Source: an uncultured Anaerolineae bacterium
GTDB lineage: Bacteria; Chloroflexota; Anaerolineae; VGOG01
Direction: 5' to 3'
Assembly (NCBI GenBank): GCA_964461615.1
Contig: CAYWWC010000002.1
Span: forward strand, 1 to 48,937
Length of the DNA: 48,937 bases
Below, piece by piece: positions 17,988 through 27,392 of this stretch. Each line of letters begins with the position of its first letter. The first letter of the stretch is position 1. The notes beneath the pieces were generated by a model. That model ran no database searches, was not told where the DNA came from, and worked only from the letters and a program-made list of their open reading frames with translations. A program made the translations under genes and the position numbers.

Positions 17988-18458
17988 GTGCCAAAGAAAT
18001 CCACCAAGAAAACCGGTGCAGCCAAGAAGCGGCAATCCTTCACTTTCCTTTCTGTCCATAAAGGATTTCACGTCATGCTTGGCGGCGAATTCCGACCTGT
18101 TCATTTCCGTAACGGCGTTTTCACGACAACCGACGAAAAGCTGGCAAAGGCTTTGCAGGAAGCTCCCACTAATGGGAAGTATTACAGCCTGCTCCCGGTA
18201 GATGTCGAAGAAAACTTTGCTCCGTATATGGATGAAACCGGTCCAAAAATGGGCATTGATCTGGAAGAGCTGGATGTCATGTCGTATTCTCAGCTGAAGC
18301 GAATTTTTGTCAAGACTCATCCTGAACTTCCGGTTCCGAAGGGTACTATTGCTATTCGAACCGCAGTCAAGGAACTTCTTCAGAAGGATTTTGATGTTCT
18401 TGAAAAAGAACACATGAAATCTCTGGAGGAAAAGGTTGCTGAAATGAAGGGCAAGTAG
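17988..18458 (+). CDS. Hypothetical head-associated protein
   Basis: GTG after GGAGGAAGG; F.NG.F.T.D motif often seen in genes following MCPs. Confidence 0.7.
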   Translation: MPKKSTKKTGAAKKRQSFTFLSVHKGFHVMLGGEFRPVHFRNGVFTTTDEKLAKALQEAPTNGKYYSLLPVDVEENFAPYMDETGPKMGIDLEELDVMSYSQLKRIFVKTHPELPVPKGTIAIRTAVKELLQKDFDVLEKEHMKSLEEKVAEMKGK

Positions 18459-18459
18459 A

Positions 18460-19134
18460 ATGAGCCCAAATGAAATGCTTGCGGATCTTCGGGTAGCTAT
18501 TGGTGATCCCGGTGGTACGAAGCATGACGCCAGTTACCTGTTACCAATGTTCGATAAGGCGGCGGCAGCACTTTGTCGTGCTCTGCCGCCCGAACATCTT
18601 GGTGTTCGTGTTGAAACAGAAAATGTGACGTTTGCCGCAGAAGATTTAAGCGGAAGTTATTCGACTTTTGATAAGATTCAAGCGTCTGCATTTACTGCTG
18701 GGGCTCGTATTGTCCAGATTATCCCTCAGTGCTGGTTGACAGCAAACGCTAAACCATCTAAGCAAATTACAGTGGTTCTTAGTGAGCCGAAAGATGATAT
18801 AGAAACGAACACATATACCAAATCAAGCCTGACAGATCCGACCATGTATATCCAGAACAACGCTTTCTGTTATTACACAGGAAGTGCAACAAACTGGAGT
18901 CATGTTGTTCAGTGCCGATTTGTTACGGTGCCAACAGCTGCTTTTGCAGCAAGTGGTAGTGAATATGCAGATATGCCAGAGGTTCTGCATGGTTTAATGA
19001 CACAGATTGCTTTGGTACACCTGTTGATTTCTGAAGAAGAAGAAACACTAGCATTGGCAATATGGAATAATAACGTGTTGCCAGAATTGCAGCTTTATGG
19101 TGTGAAACTTCAATATCCGGGGAGGAGAAAGTGA
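18460..19134 (+). CDS. Head-tail adaptor-like protein
   Basis: M...EM...LR...GDP N-terminus and MPE.LH...A..H C-terminus; position. Confidence 0.6.
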   Translation: MSPNEMLADLRVAIGDPGGTKHDASYLLPMFDKAAAALCRALPPEHLGVRVETENVTFAAEDLSGSYSTFDKIQASAFTAGARIVQIIPQCWLTANAKPSKQITVVLSEPKDDIETNTYTKSSLTDPTMYIQNNAFCYYTGSATNWSHVVQCRFVTVPTAAFAASGSEYADMPEVLHGLMTQIALVHLLISEEEETLALAIWNNNVLPELQLYGVKLQYPGRRK

Positions 19135-20027
19135 CTGGCGCAACGATGATTGAGCGAGCACAGATTCCTCTGATTGCTCGTGATATTCCGGCTCATTTCC
19201 GGCGCGATGCTTTGCTGCAAGAACTGATCGTTGAAATGCAGAACACTCTGATTCAATATCTTGGGTGTGTGACAGAAGAGTGGTTTCTGAGATTTTCAGC
19301 AAATCAGCAAATGTATCACATGTCTTCCAAGCCGTTCCGTGTCGAAAATGCGTGGTTTGGACCTCGGAAGGCTGACACAACGCTTGATGCTTCTGGTGGT
19401 GTTCCGGCCTTCAGCGGCACCGGTATTGGTGCGACGATTGCTGATGTGGTCCTTGATTCTCTGGACAAGATTTATATCGGTGACATCGTTTACTTTGTTT
19501 CCGGTGAGGTTGCTATCAAGGTGACTTCAATTGATACCGGCGCAAGTTCTATTGATGGGACTTCGATTACTGATTTCAGCGCGTGTACTTTGACTGACGA
19601 AGAAGTTGTTGAGGTCATTTCTTCCAGTCCATCAAATCTTGGACAGGTGGATTTATACGAGAATGTGTTTAACAACAAGAACGTAACGTACAACTATTAT
19701 CAGGGGACTCCTTTCTGGGCTTGGGATGGGCAGGACCGGATTGTTATTGAGCCATATTCAACCGAAGCCTTTACCCTGATGATCAAGGTTTGGCCTCAGA
19801 TAACGACATATAGTTCGACTCTGCGAGTTGATGCTCGTTTTCACGAGGCCATGCTCAAGTGGTTGGTAGCGTCTGTTCTTTCAGAGATTGGGCATCAGGA
19901 CGCGCCGTATTTCGAAGCACAGTTCCATCAAAAAATGGGACCGTTGGCGAGCCTGTTTGTACAAGCAACACCTCCAGAGGTATTGCAACTGCAACCGATG
20001 GATTGGGGAGATTCTCCTCATGCGTAG
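19131..20027 (+). CDS. Second adaptor / tail tubular-like protein
   Basis: GTP..W....RI.I.PY and RFHEAM..W adaptor-like motifs; GTGA overlap. Confidence 0.6.
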   Translation: MTGATMIERAQIPLIARDIPAHFRRDALLQELIVEMQNTLIQYLGCVTEEWFLRFSANQQMYHMSSKPFRVENAWFGPRKADTTLDASGGVPAFSGTGIGATIADVVLDSLDKIYIGDIVYFVSGEVAIKVTSIDTGASSIDGTSITDFSACTLTDEEVVEVISSSPSNLGQVDLYENVFNNKNVTYNYYQGTPFWAWDGQDRIVIEPYSTEAFTLMIKVWPQITTYSSTLRVDARFHEAMLKWLVASVLSEIGHQDAPYFEAQFHQKMGPLASLFVQATPPEVLQLQPMDWGDSPHA

Positions 20028-23000
20028 AAAGCGATCAAAAGTATATCCAATCAGGATATTTGGCGGGTTGCATGAAGGAATTGATCCAGCAGATCTGCCG
20101 GATGATACCCACTTTGCCCAAATTTGTCAGAACTTCGTCACAATCCCCAAGATTGGCGCTTTGACGAAAATCGCCCCTGTGGGAGTTGGTGGTGGTCCGG
20201 GTGGACCCGTCCCACCGTGGGGATACAGATGGGGACGATCTTACGATTATAATCCCGATCCAAAGAAGGGTGATGGGGGCGAGGCCCGTTTTATCACCGA
20301 CTTTATGGACCCGTTGCCTCCTTATAGACGCCACAACGGAAACCCATTTCTGTTCTTCGAGTATAGCGGCAGTCAGTATTATGCCCAAAGCATGATCTGT
20401 CGCAGTTCGCGAGATACCAACGACTATCACCTTCATGGCCCGATTTGTCAGATTGACAAAGGCCCGAATGTGACTGATTTGACAGAAGTTATTAATGGCG
20501 CAAACACCGCTTTGATCGGTGGTGGCAACATGATCAGTGCAGAAGCTGATCGTTACCATCGAAATATGCCGGGGACGGGAATCGAGGCAGGCGACCCCGG
20601 CACTCTGCCGACTGGGGACAAACAGGTGTTTGCGTTGACTGGTGTTACCGAACGTGATAGTGGCTACAACAACCTCATTGGCGGTGCCATCAGCATGTTT
20701 TATGATGAAGATGTTGATGAAACATGGCTGCTTCAAGACGGTCACACTCGTTATGAAGAAACTGGTGATCCAGAAGATGGCACCACAATGGTCGAGACCA
20801 CTGTCAAATATTGGGCTCGCTTAGCCGTTTGGCACGATGACGCTGTTGATGGTGCTACCCGTGTAGACATTTGGGACGAATCGAAAGATTACGCAGACGC
20901 TTACACCGATCGCCCTCAAACCATTCCATGTGAAGGCAATTCTGTAATGGTGATGAATGATGAGAATGGAGATTCTCTTGTCACAATCGCCCAAACATTT
21001 GAGTATTACGCTACTTACCGTCACTGTATTCGTCTTCGTACTATGACTGTGAATCGCACAGGCGGGGAGCCGGTTTCTCTGAGCGCCGATGATGATGTTA
21101 CAATTCCCAATGCCGGTAGCCCACAGCTTTCATTAAGGCAGGACGGGAATTTCGAAACTGGTGCGCTGTTCTATCAAAAATGGGACGCTTCAAATGAAGT
21201 CTGGAAATTGGTCTATCGCACAATCACTGTGACTGGTGGTGATATTGTTCTTGGAAGCGAGACGAATGTTACTGACGGTTCAAATACCTATACCTGCAAA
21301 GGCGGAACTCCAATCTGGGTAGACCACGATAATGATGATGTGACAAAAGTGTTGGTTGGGTATGTACACCCAGATGGACGCATCCGTGTTCTTTACGAAG
21401 ACAGTGGGTCAGTTTATGGGGTACATAATACTGGGATTGTTTTTGATCACATCAGTGGTTTTGATGTTGGGTCATATCGTATTACAGAAAGCGGGCCGGT
21501 TTACACCCGCGTCCCAATTTATGGCTGGACAACAGGGTCGACTATCACTTTCCGCAGGTTGATTTCCGATTCATGGCGTTCCTTTTTGCAGATCCCATTT
21601 GAGACGGATTGCTGGCGGATCGCTCTCTGGAAAAGCTCTTATTATTACCAAGATATAGACGAAAAATTCTTTTTCGGCATTTTGGGCTCTTATAGTTCAA
21701 TTGATACAGACCTGTTTGTTGTAGAGGCGTACGCCGAAACAGAAGTTCCTGTCTATTATAATGCGATTCCGTTTTCTACTTATCATGTGGACGAGCAAAT
21801 CCAGATTGCAATAGATGCATGGACGCAAAGAGGTGGTCGGGCTATTTATTTCTATGATAGGCTTCATAATTCATTGTTTGGGCCAGATATTGACGATTAC
21901 TCTGATTTTGAAGATCAAAGTACGATGGCGGTGTTTGAGGACGCGGTATATGTCTCTTTCAACAACAATGTCCCCGGATTAAAGCTATGGCGTGATTATG
22001 TAAATGATGAATGGATTGTTACCAACATTGCTGCTCTTGCATACAAAAAAGCGCCGGGGATCACGTTTGAAAACCGTTATTATCGATCCCCTCGCGAACA
22101 TTATAGGATCGGTGGGGCGACACCTGATGCGCTGGACTCAACAACAAGATATGACATAGCTGTTATCACAGAGATGCATAATGGAGAATATTCAACTCCG
22201 GTAATGATTGATCAGTCAATTCGTCCGGATCAGTTTGGAACCACACAGGATTGGTTCATCACCGTAATCGGGCTGGGGGCAAGTAAGCAGTGGGGTCGAA
22301 ATGTAAAACGCCTTCATGTGTTTATCCGCAAAAGCGATATGACGAATTACCACGAGAGGGATAATTTCGCCGGGTTTACTTTAGCGGAAATTCTTGAGAA
22401 AAGTAAGTATTATCGTGTACCAGAGATCGATGCTTTTTATATGGACCCGTCTGGCGGAACGGTTGGAAGAACATCCTATACCGTTAAACACATGGACTCC
22501 AGCTTTATAGATGAGGTTCCTGCGGAATGGGCGGCGTCTAACCAATGTCCTGTCATTTATTACATGCGTAATGCTCGCACGGGGAAGTATTGGAAAATCG
22601 TTGGTCGTGAAGGCGGTAATTCCCGCGTTGTTTTTGCCGAACCGACTGATTTTCTCACTATGCACAGTGAACCTGACATTGCAATCCTGTGTTGGAAAAT
22701 TCGCAACACCCAAGCGGGAGCTGGTTTTGGGCTACCAATTGTTGGATTTGATTCTGAAACGAACTTGCCGCTGGAAAACCTGCTTGGTTATTCTCCGCCA
22801 TTTCCATTGGATGAAGAAAGGGAAATCATTACAGAGACGTTGACATCGGGTGCTACTACGTGGTCTGGCTCTTATGGGGAAGAATATGGCGAATGCTCCC
22901 CTATTGTTGATGAAGAAGAAGATTTTTATGTGGGTCAATTGGTATCAATCGAGACGGCTGATCCCAACAAGCCTGTTGTTTTTGCAAGGGTTGATAACGT

Positions 23001-24162
23001 AGATGATTTAACCTCAACTATTACTTTGATGGCGCTTGAAAGTTTTCAATATGATATTTACGGAACAGTTGACGGGTCTCAGGTTAAAGGTTATGCTACA
23101 GCCGCCGTTCGTAGCCAAATGGTTTGGTCGGACGTTGTCGGCGGTCATAATGGGCGCGTGTTCTTTGGCAACGCCAATATAGATCCTGTAAATGCTTATG
23201 ATGACACCAGAACAGAACACCCGACTTTGGCGTGGTCGCACCTCTATGGTCACTCTATGCCTGACCATGTGCCAGCCGCTAACGTGCTCCGGCTGGACAG
23301 TCATATTATTGCAATCTGTAAAGCGGGCGACCGTATTGTCATGATGAAAGAGGATGGTTATTCCGTTGCTTATGTGTCTGGCTTAGAGACCGAATGGACC
23401 ATTCAGGATTCTTTCCCCGGCCCCGGCACCACAGCGAAGAACAGCGTGGTTGTCTACGGTGATGTTATATTTCATCTGGATGGCAGGCATTTCCGTATGT
23501 CCCAGTTAAACGGCGTCTCGCAAGTGATTTCAGAAGAGATCCATGAAACACTCGGCCTGCTTGACAAAAGCATTCGAGATACGTGTTATGGGGAATACTT
23601 CGAACATGAAGGGCGTCCAATGATCTTCTGGGGATTTATTGGCGATACGACAGCGTTTCTTTTCAACATCCTTGAAGGGACTTGGTTTGAAATTACAAAT
23701 GCGAGCGGCGTGAAAGCTGTCTGCCGTGATCCCAATAACGAAGATTTGTTGCTGATTAAATCGGATCAGGTAATCTGGTTTCCTGTAGACAATCCGCCCG
23801 ATGTTGTACCAAAATGGAAATCTAAACGAATCGACTTTGGTCAGCCCGGACAGGAAAAAATCTTTGAGGGGATCGATATTGAATTTGCTTCAAACACGAA
23901 TATTCTGGTAAATATCTATATTGACGGGAGTTTGATCAATACAAACGACTGGGGGTATTTGTCTGATACTGCCAGCGAGCGCGTAATTCGAGACCTAACT
24001 TTGCCAGCGGACGTGCGTCATGGGCGTTATATTGAAATTGAGGTAACCCTTAACACGACACTGCAAGATGAAGACACAAACACACACCTTACCGTCTATG
24101 GGATCAACCTCTACTGGCGACCGGGCTCGCGGTTCAAAGACTCGAACCCAGCCCCAAGTTAA
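20020..24162 (+). CDS. Tail nozzle / stabilisation protein (large beta-propeller-like)
   Basis: N-terminal FGGL...DP..L; HNGRVFFGN, G....NSVV.YGD.IF, WKSKRIDFG.P..EK, GRYI motifs of podoviral nozzle proteins; start after GGAG at 20020. Confidence 0.75.
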   Translation: MRRKRSKVYPIRIFGGLHEGIDPADLPDDTHFAQICQNFVTIPKIGALTKIAPVGVGGGPGGPVPPWGYRWGRSYDYNPDPKKGDGGEARFITDFMDPLPPYRRHNGNPFLFFEYSGSQYYAQSMICRSSRDTNDYHLHGPICQIDKGPNVTDLTEVINGANTALIGGGNMISAEADRYHRNMPGTGIEAGDPGTLPTGDKQVFALTGVTERDSGYNNLIGGAISMFYDEDVDETWLLQDGHTRYEETGDPEDGTTMVETTVKYWARLAVWHDDAVDGATRVDIWDESKDYADAYTDRPQTIPCEGNSVMVMNDENGDSLVTIAQTFEYYATYRHCIRLRTMTVNRTGGEPVSLSADDDVTIPNAGSPQLSLRQDGNFETGALFYQKWDASNEVWKLVYRTITVTGGDIVLGSETNVTDGSNTYTCKGGTPIWVDHDNDDVTKVLVGYVHPDGRIRVLYEDSGSVYGVHNTGIVFDHISGFDVGSYRITESGPVYTRVPIYGWTTGSTITFRRLISDSWRSFLQIPFETDCWRIALWKSSYYYQDIDEKFFFGILGSYSSIDTDLFVVEAYAETEVPVYYNAIPFSTYHVDEQIQIAIDAWTQRGGRAIYFYDRLHNSLFGPDIDDYSDFEDQSTMAVFEDAVYVSFNNNVPGLKLWRDYVNDEWIVTNIAALAYKKAPGITFENRYYRSPREHYRIGGATPDALDSTTRYDIAVITEMHNGEYSTPVMIDQSIRPDQFGTTQDWFITVIGLGASKQWGRNVKRLHVFIRKSDMTNYHERDNFAGFTLAEILEKSKYYRVPEIDAFYMDPSGGTVGRTSYTVKHMDSSFIDEVPAEWAASNQCPVIYYMRNARTGKYWKIVGREGGNSRVVFAEPTDFLTMHSEPDIAILCWKIRNTQAGAGFGLPIVGFDSETNLPLENLLGYSPPFPLDEEREIITETLTSGATTWSGSYGEEYGECSPIVDEEEDFYVGQLVSIETADPNKPVVFARVDNVDDLTSTITLMALESFQYDIYGTVDGSQVKGYATAAVRSQMVWSDVVGGHNGRVFFGNANIDPVNAYDDTRTEHPTLAWSHLYGHSMPDHVPAANVLRLDSHIIAICKAGDRIVMMKEDGYSVAYVSGLETEWTIQDSFPGPGTTAKNSVVVYGDVIFHLDGRHFRMSQLNGVSQVISEEIHETLGLLDKSIRDTCYGEYFEHEGRPMIFWGFIGDTTAFLFNILEGTWFEITNASGVKAVCRDPNNEDLLLIKSDQVIWFPVDNPPDVVPKWKSKRIDFGQPGQEKIFEGIDIEFASNTNILVNIYIDGSLINTNDWGYLSDTASERVIRDLTLPADVRHGRYIEIEVTLNTTLQDEDTNTHLTVYGINLYWRPGSRFKDSNPAPS

Positions 24163-24352
24163 ATCGCCACAGCTGGATAGAGAGTTGAAAAACCTGAAAA
24201 CGGATTTGCTGCGCGAGCGCCGTCAGTACAAAGCGACTGCTGAAAACCTGCGAACGCATCAAAACTATATGTATGATCAGCTCCGGGAGCTCTGGGCTGA
24301 AATTGAAGGTCTTGGTGGTGGTGGTGGTGGAGACATCCCCGACCCGACGTAG
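24068..24352 (+). CDS. Small coiled-coil protein with Gly-rich C-terminus
   Basis: Heptad-like LDRELKNLKTDL...LRELWAEIEGL; start uncertain (24068 or 24098). Confidence 0.55.
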   Translation: MKTQTHTLPSMGSTSTGDRARGSKTRTQPQVKSPQLDRELKNLKTDLLRERRQYKATAENLRTHQNYMYDQLRELWAEIEGLGGGGGGDIPDPT

Positions 24353-24408
24353 GAGATTATCATGGCGGCGGCGGCGGGGACGTTCCGGGTGGTGACTAGG
24401 AGGCAAAT

Positions 24409-25032
24409 ATGCTTTGGTGGATTCCTTTAGTAGCTAGTCTTGCTGGCAAGGTTGCTGGCAATCTGTATGGTGGTCCCGCTCCAGATATCAAGCCACCGAC
24501 AACTCTGAACGATTCCCAGAAATGGGACGCCCGTTCGATGGTGCGTCCGAAGTTTCAGCCATTATATGGCGAAGCCTATCGCAGAGGTCGTCAGACGCAG
24601 GCCCGCGCCAGCGCTGGTTTATACAGTCGCGGCCTTGGTAAATCCGGTGTGTCTGCTTCTGTCGAAGCCGGAATCATGAGTGACACAGCAAACACCGTTG
24701 GTGGTATTGACGCTGACCGTGCTGCAGCAGAAGCTCAAGCAGAATATGCAAAGCTGCAAGAATTACGCCAGAATTATATGATGCAGTTCCAACGCGACAC
24801 TGACGAGCGCGCATATAAACGCTCTTTCTTTGACGATGCTATTGACACCGGGACCAGTCTTTTTTTGCTTGATGCGCTGGGTGGTGCAGAAAAAAACGGA
24901 GGCAAGGCTGCCGCCAACATGTTCACCAAAGGACAGCCTGCGGAAAATTACGGCGGAATTGATTTAACACAAAACGTTGATCTTGGAAGCATGTTTAACT
25001 GGCAATTCTCTAGTTGGAGACCACCGAGATGA
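24409..25032 (+). CDS. Putative internal virion / ejection protein
   Basis: AGGAGG RBS; Gly/Ala-rich hydrophobic N-terminus, A...SRGLG.SG motif, Ala/Gln coiled coil. Confidence 0.65.
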   Translation: MLWWIPLVASLAGKVAGNLYGGPAPDIKPPTTLNDSQKWDARSMVRPKFQPLYGEAYRRGRQTQARASAGLYSRGLGKSGVSASVEAGIMSDTANTVGGIDADRAAAEAQAEYAKLQELRQNYMMQFQRDTDERAYKRSFFDDAIDTGTSLFLLDALGGAEKNGGKAAANMFTKGQPAENYGGIDLTQNVDLGSMFNWQFSSWRPPR

Positions 25033-25340
25033 CAGCCAAGGCCGCAGGAGATTGGTTCAGGGGTATGACAATAGATCGTTGGGTAACTGTTGTTTCAGTT
25101 ATCCTGTTGTTGGGATGGTATGCCTCCAATAACCTTTTTGCCGTTGATTATGCTTCAGCTACACGGCATCAAGAGCAAGCTGAACAGATTGGAGAAATTC
25201 AACAGATCCTTGTTCATCTTGAAGACACAAAGGTTAGTCGAACTGAAATGTATGAATATATTAGTCAGCTAACCGAAGAGGTCACGCAAATTCGTATTAT
25301 GATGGCGGCACAAGTCGGCATAACCAGCTCGGACCCATGA
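25029..25340 (+). CDS. Single-TM coiled-coil protein
   Basis: WVTVVSVILLLGWY TM segment followed by a coiled coil; ATGA overlap. Confidence 0.65.
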   Translation: MTAKAAGDWFRGMTIDRWVTVVSVILLLGWYASNNLFAVDYASATRHQEQAEQIGEIQQILVHLEDTKVSRTEMYEYISQLTEEVTQIRIMMAAQVGITSSDP

Positions 25341-25666
25341 TGCTTCAGGATGAACGTGACTTACAAATGAAAGAGGCGGCTTGGTCTTGCTTCACCGATT
25401 ATAATCACATGTGGTTTAATGTGAATTATGATCCAAAAACATGGTCAGAGCACATTGAATTTGTGCTTCGTCTTTACGATGCGGTTCTGTCGAAAGCAAC
25501 AGAGCTGGATTGGACGGTTGATGTCAAGGAAAAGGCTTTACAATTCCTGAAGGGAAGAATTATCACACCGCTGATCAATATTGAAGAGCGGGACAACCTG
25601 TTGGAACATCTACTTGATGCTGGATTGACCGTTCGTAACATGGCTGTGGAGGAACATCATGGGTAA
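25337..25666 (+). CDS. Hypothetical protein
   Basis: 109 aa, overlaps both neighbours. Confidence 0.7.
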   Translation: MMLQDERDLQMKEAAWSCFTDYNHMWFNVNYDPKTWSEHIEFVLRLYDAVLSKATELDWTVDVKEKALQFLKGRIITPLINIEERDNLLEHLLDAGLTVRNMAVEEHHG

Positions 25667-27383
25667 AATGACCGATATGATTATGCAGATTGCGATTCAA
25701 GATGCGTTTCGTCGACGTTTTGCTGCTAATGATCCAGCCGCTCAACAACAGCTGCTTAATGCACGGTTATACGGTGAGCGCACTCAACAGACGATTAATG
25801 AAACGCGCGCGAATCGGGAACGAACTACTGTAGAAAATACCCGTGCTGATGCTGCTTCTGATGCTGCCGGACTCTTTTTGCAAGAGTGGAATACGGCGTA
25901 TTCTGGATATGGTGCTTCTGAAGATTTGGACGAACCTGCCGAGCTTCGCGCAAGAGTTGAACCTTTAATGAACAAAGCAGCTGGACTTGGTTTTAATACG
26001 GGTCCATATGCTCAAACACTTCAAACCGTTCAAGGCATCGATCAATATCGTCAGGTTACAGAGAAAAACATCAGGGATATTTTTGGGGATGAGGAGTTTT
26101 CAATCCCAGCTGGGATGACTACTGATCAGATCAATAAATATGCTGATGATTACCGAATGCGTTGGAGAACCAAGTGGGACGCAGAAAGCGCACCATACGA
26201 ATTGCATGGGTTCCGAACCCACAATAACATTGAGTATGCTGTCGATAAACGCGGTTATATCATGGGGACACAGACCGCGTGGACCGACTTCCAGAGAATG
26301 GAAAATGCTGGATTGCATCAAGCCACTGAGCTTGGTTCTCGTCAATTCTTAGGTGAACGTCTTACAGAAGATACTGTCGGTCAATATGTCAATGACTTAA
26401 CACGCATTGCTTATTCGATGGAGAAAGATCCTGAACTTTGGGGACTTTCTGAAGAAGAAGCCGCAGGAGCAATTAGTCGCTTCCGGGCTGATGCGAACCT
26501 GCTTTTGAACATGCCTCATGATTTTGAAGACCCATATTATTTGCCGCGTGGGGAAGTAGAAGATTTCGACACCAATATGTTGTTGTCATCTTTTTCAGCT
26601 ACGCCGCAAGGTGTTCAGAATTTCAAGGATTTCCACAGAAGTTATACGCTCGCCGGGAAAGATGCGAAGCGGGAAGAAGCTGAGGACTGGGAAGAGGATT
26701 TCTTTGAAGATTATGCGGCCTTCCTTGAAAAGGCTGGGGCCGGTAAAGCGACTTTCAAGATAGCTGATGGTTCAACTGTTATGGTTGAAAAAGCTGAGGA
26801 TCATTTCCGTAATCGGATGAACGCCCGTTTGAAGGATCTGGTCGGCAAAGCGCCAAATGTATTCACAACCCGCTTCTCCAAAGCTCATATCAGTGCGGAA
26901 CTTCCGGTTAGTCAACACGATATTATGTTGATCGATCAAGTTATGCCCGGATACCGTGACAAATTCCTTGATTATTATTCTGCACCAGAAGAAACCTCTG
27001 AGGGTGATCAAGAAGAGGTCACAGAAAATGTTGATTTCTTTGAAGTTATGATGATCAATGATCCTTCCAACCCGCTTTGGGATGAACACGGTATGCCGGA
27101 AACCTTCAGAGAAGGTGCCAAACTTATTGCTGATGGTATTATTGATAACGTCCCTAAAATTCCGGGCGCGACTGTTCGGTTTATGCGTGATGTATCATGG
27201 ATGACAAGGAATGCCGTTGGAGCTACTGCGGGTTTGTATGGTGACTTTTATTCTGGGGATAGTCTTGCTGGTGTTGCTTATGAACAACGCATGAGCGATC
27301 TTATGCTTGAATACTTCAAGCGCCGTGGGACTTATACGCCGTCAGGTAAAGAGTCCGCTCCGTGGCCTATTCAACAGCCGTAG
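25659..27383 (+). CDS. Putative internal virion / ejection protein
   Basis: 574 aa, helical, acidic; GGAGG RBS; lies just before the giant protein. Confidence 0.6.
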   Translation: MGKMTDMIMQIAIQDAFRRRFAANDPAAQQQLLNARLYGERTQQTINETRANRERTTVENTRADAASDAAGLFLQEWNTAYSGYGASEDLDEPAELRARVEPLMNKAAGLGFNTGPYAQTLQTVQGIDQYRQVTEKNIRDIFGDEEFSIPAGMTTDQINKYADDYRMRWRTKWDAESAPYELHGFRTHNNIEYAVDKRGYIMGTQTAWTDFQRMENAGLHQATELGSRQFLGERLTEDTVGQYVNDLTRIAYSMEKDPELWGLSEEEAAGAISRFRADANLLLNMPHDFEDPYYLPRGEVEDFDTNMLLSSFSATPQGVQNFKDFHRSYTLAGKDAKREEAEDWEEDFFEDYAAFLEKAGAGKATFKIADGSTVMVEKAEDHFRNRMNARLKDLVGKAPNVFTTRFSKAHISAELPVSQHDIMLIDQVMPGYRDKFLDYYSAPEETSEGDQEEVTENVDFFEVMMINDPSNPLWDEHGMPETFREGAKLIADGIIDNVPKIPGATVRFMRDVSWMTRNAVGATAGLYGDFYSGDSLAGVAYEQRMSDLMLEYFKRRGTYTPSGKESAPWPIQQP

Positions 27384-27392
27384 GGGGATTTT

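Noticed and set aside
20035-20745. 236-aa minus-strand ORF and other ORFs nested in the nozzle and giant genes
   Set aside because: Shadow frames of long coding genes, without recognisable domains
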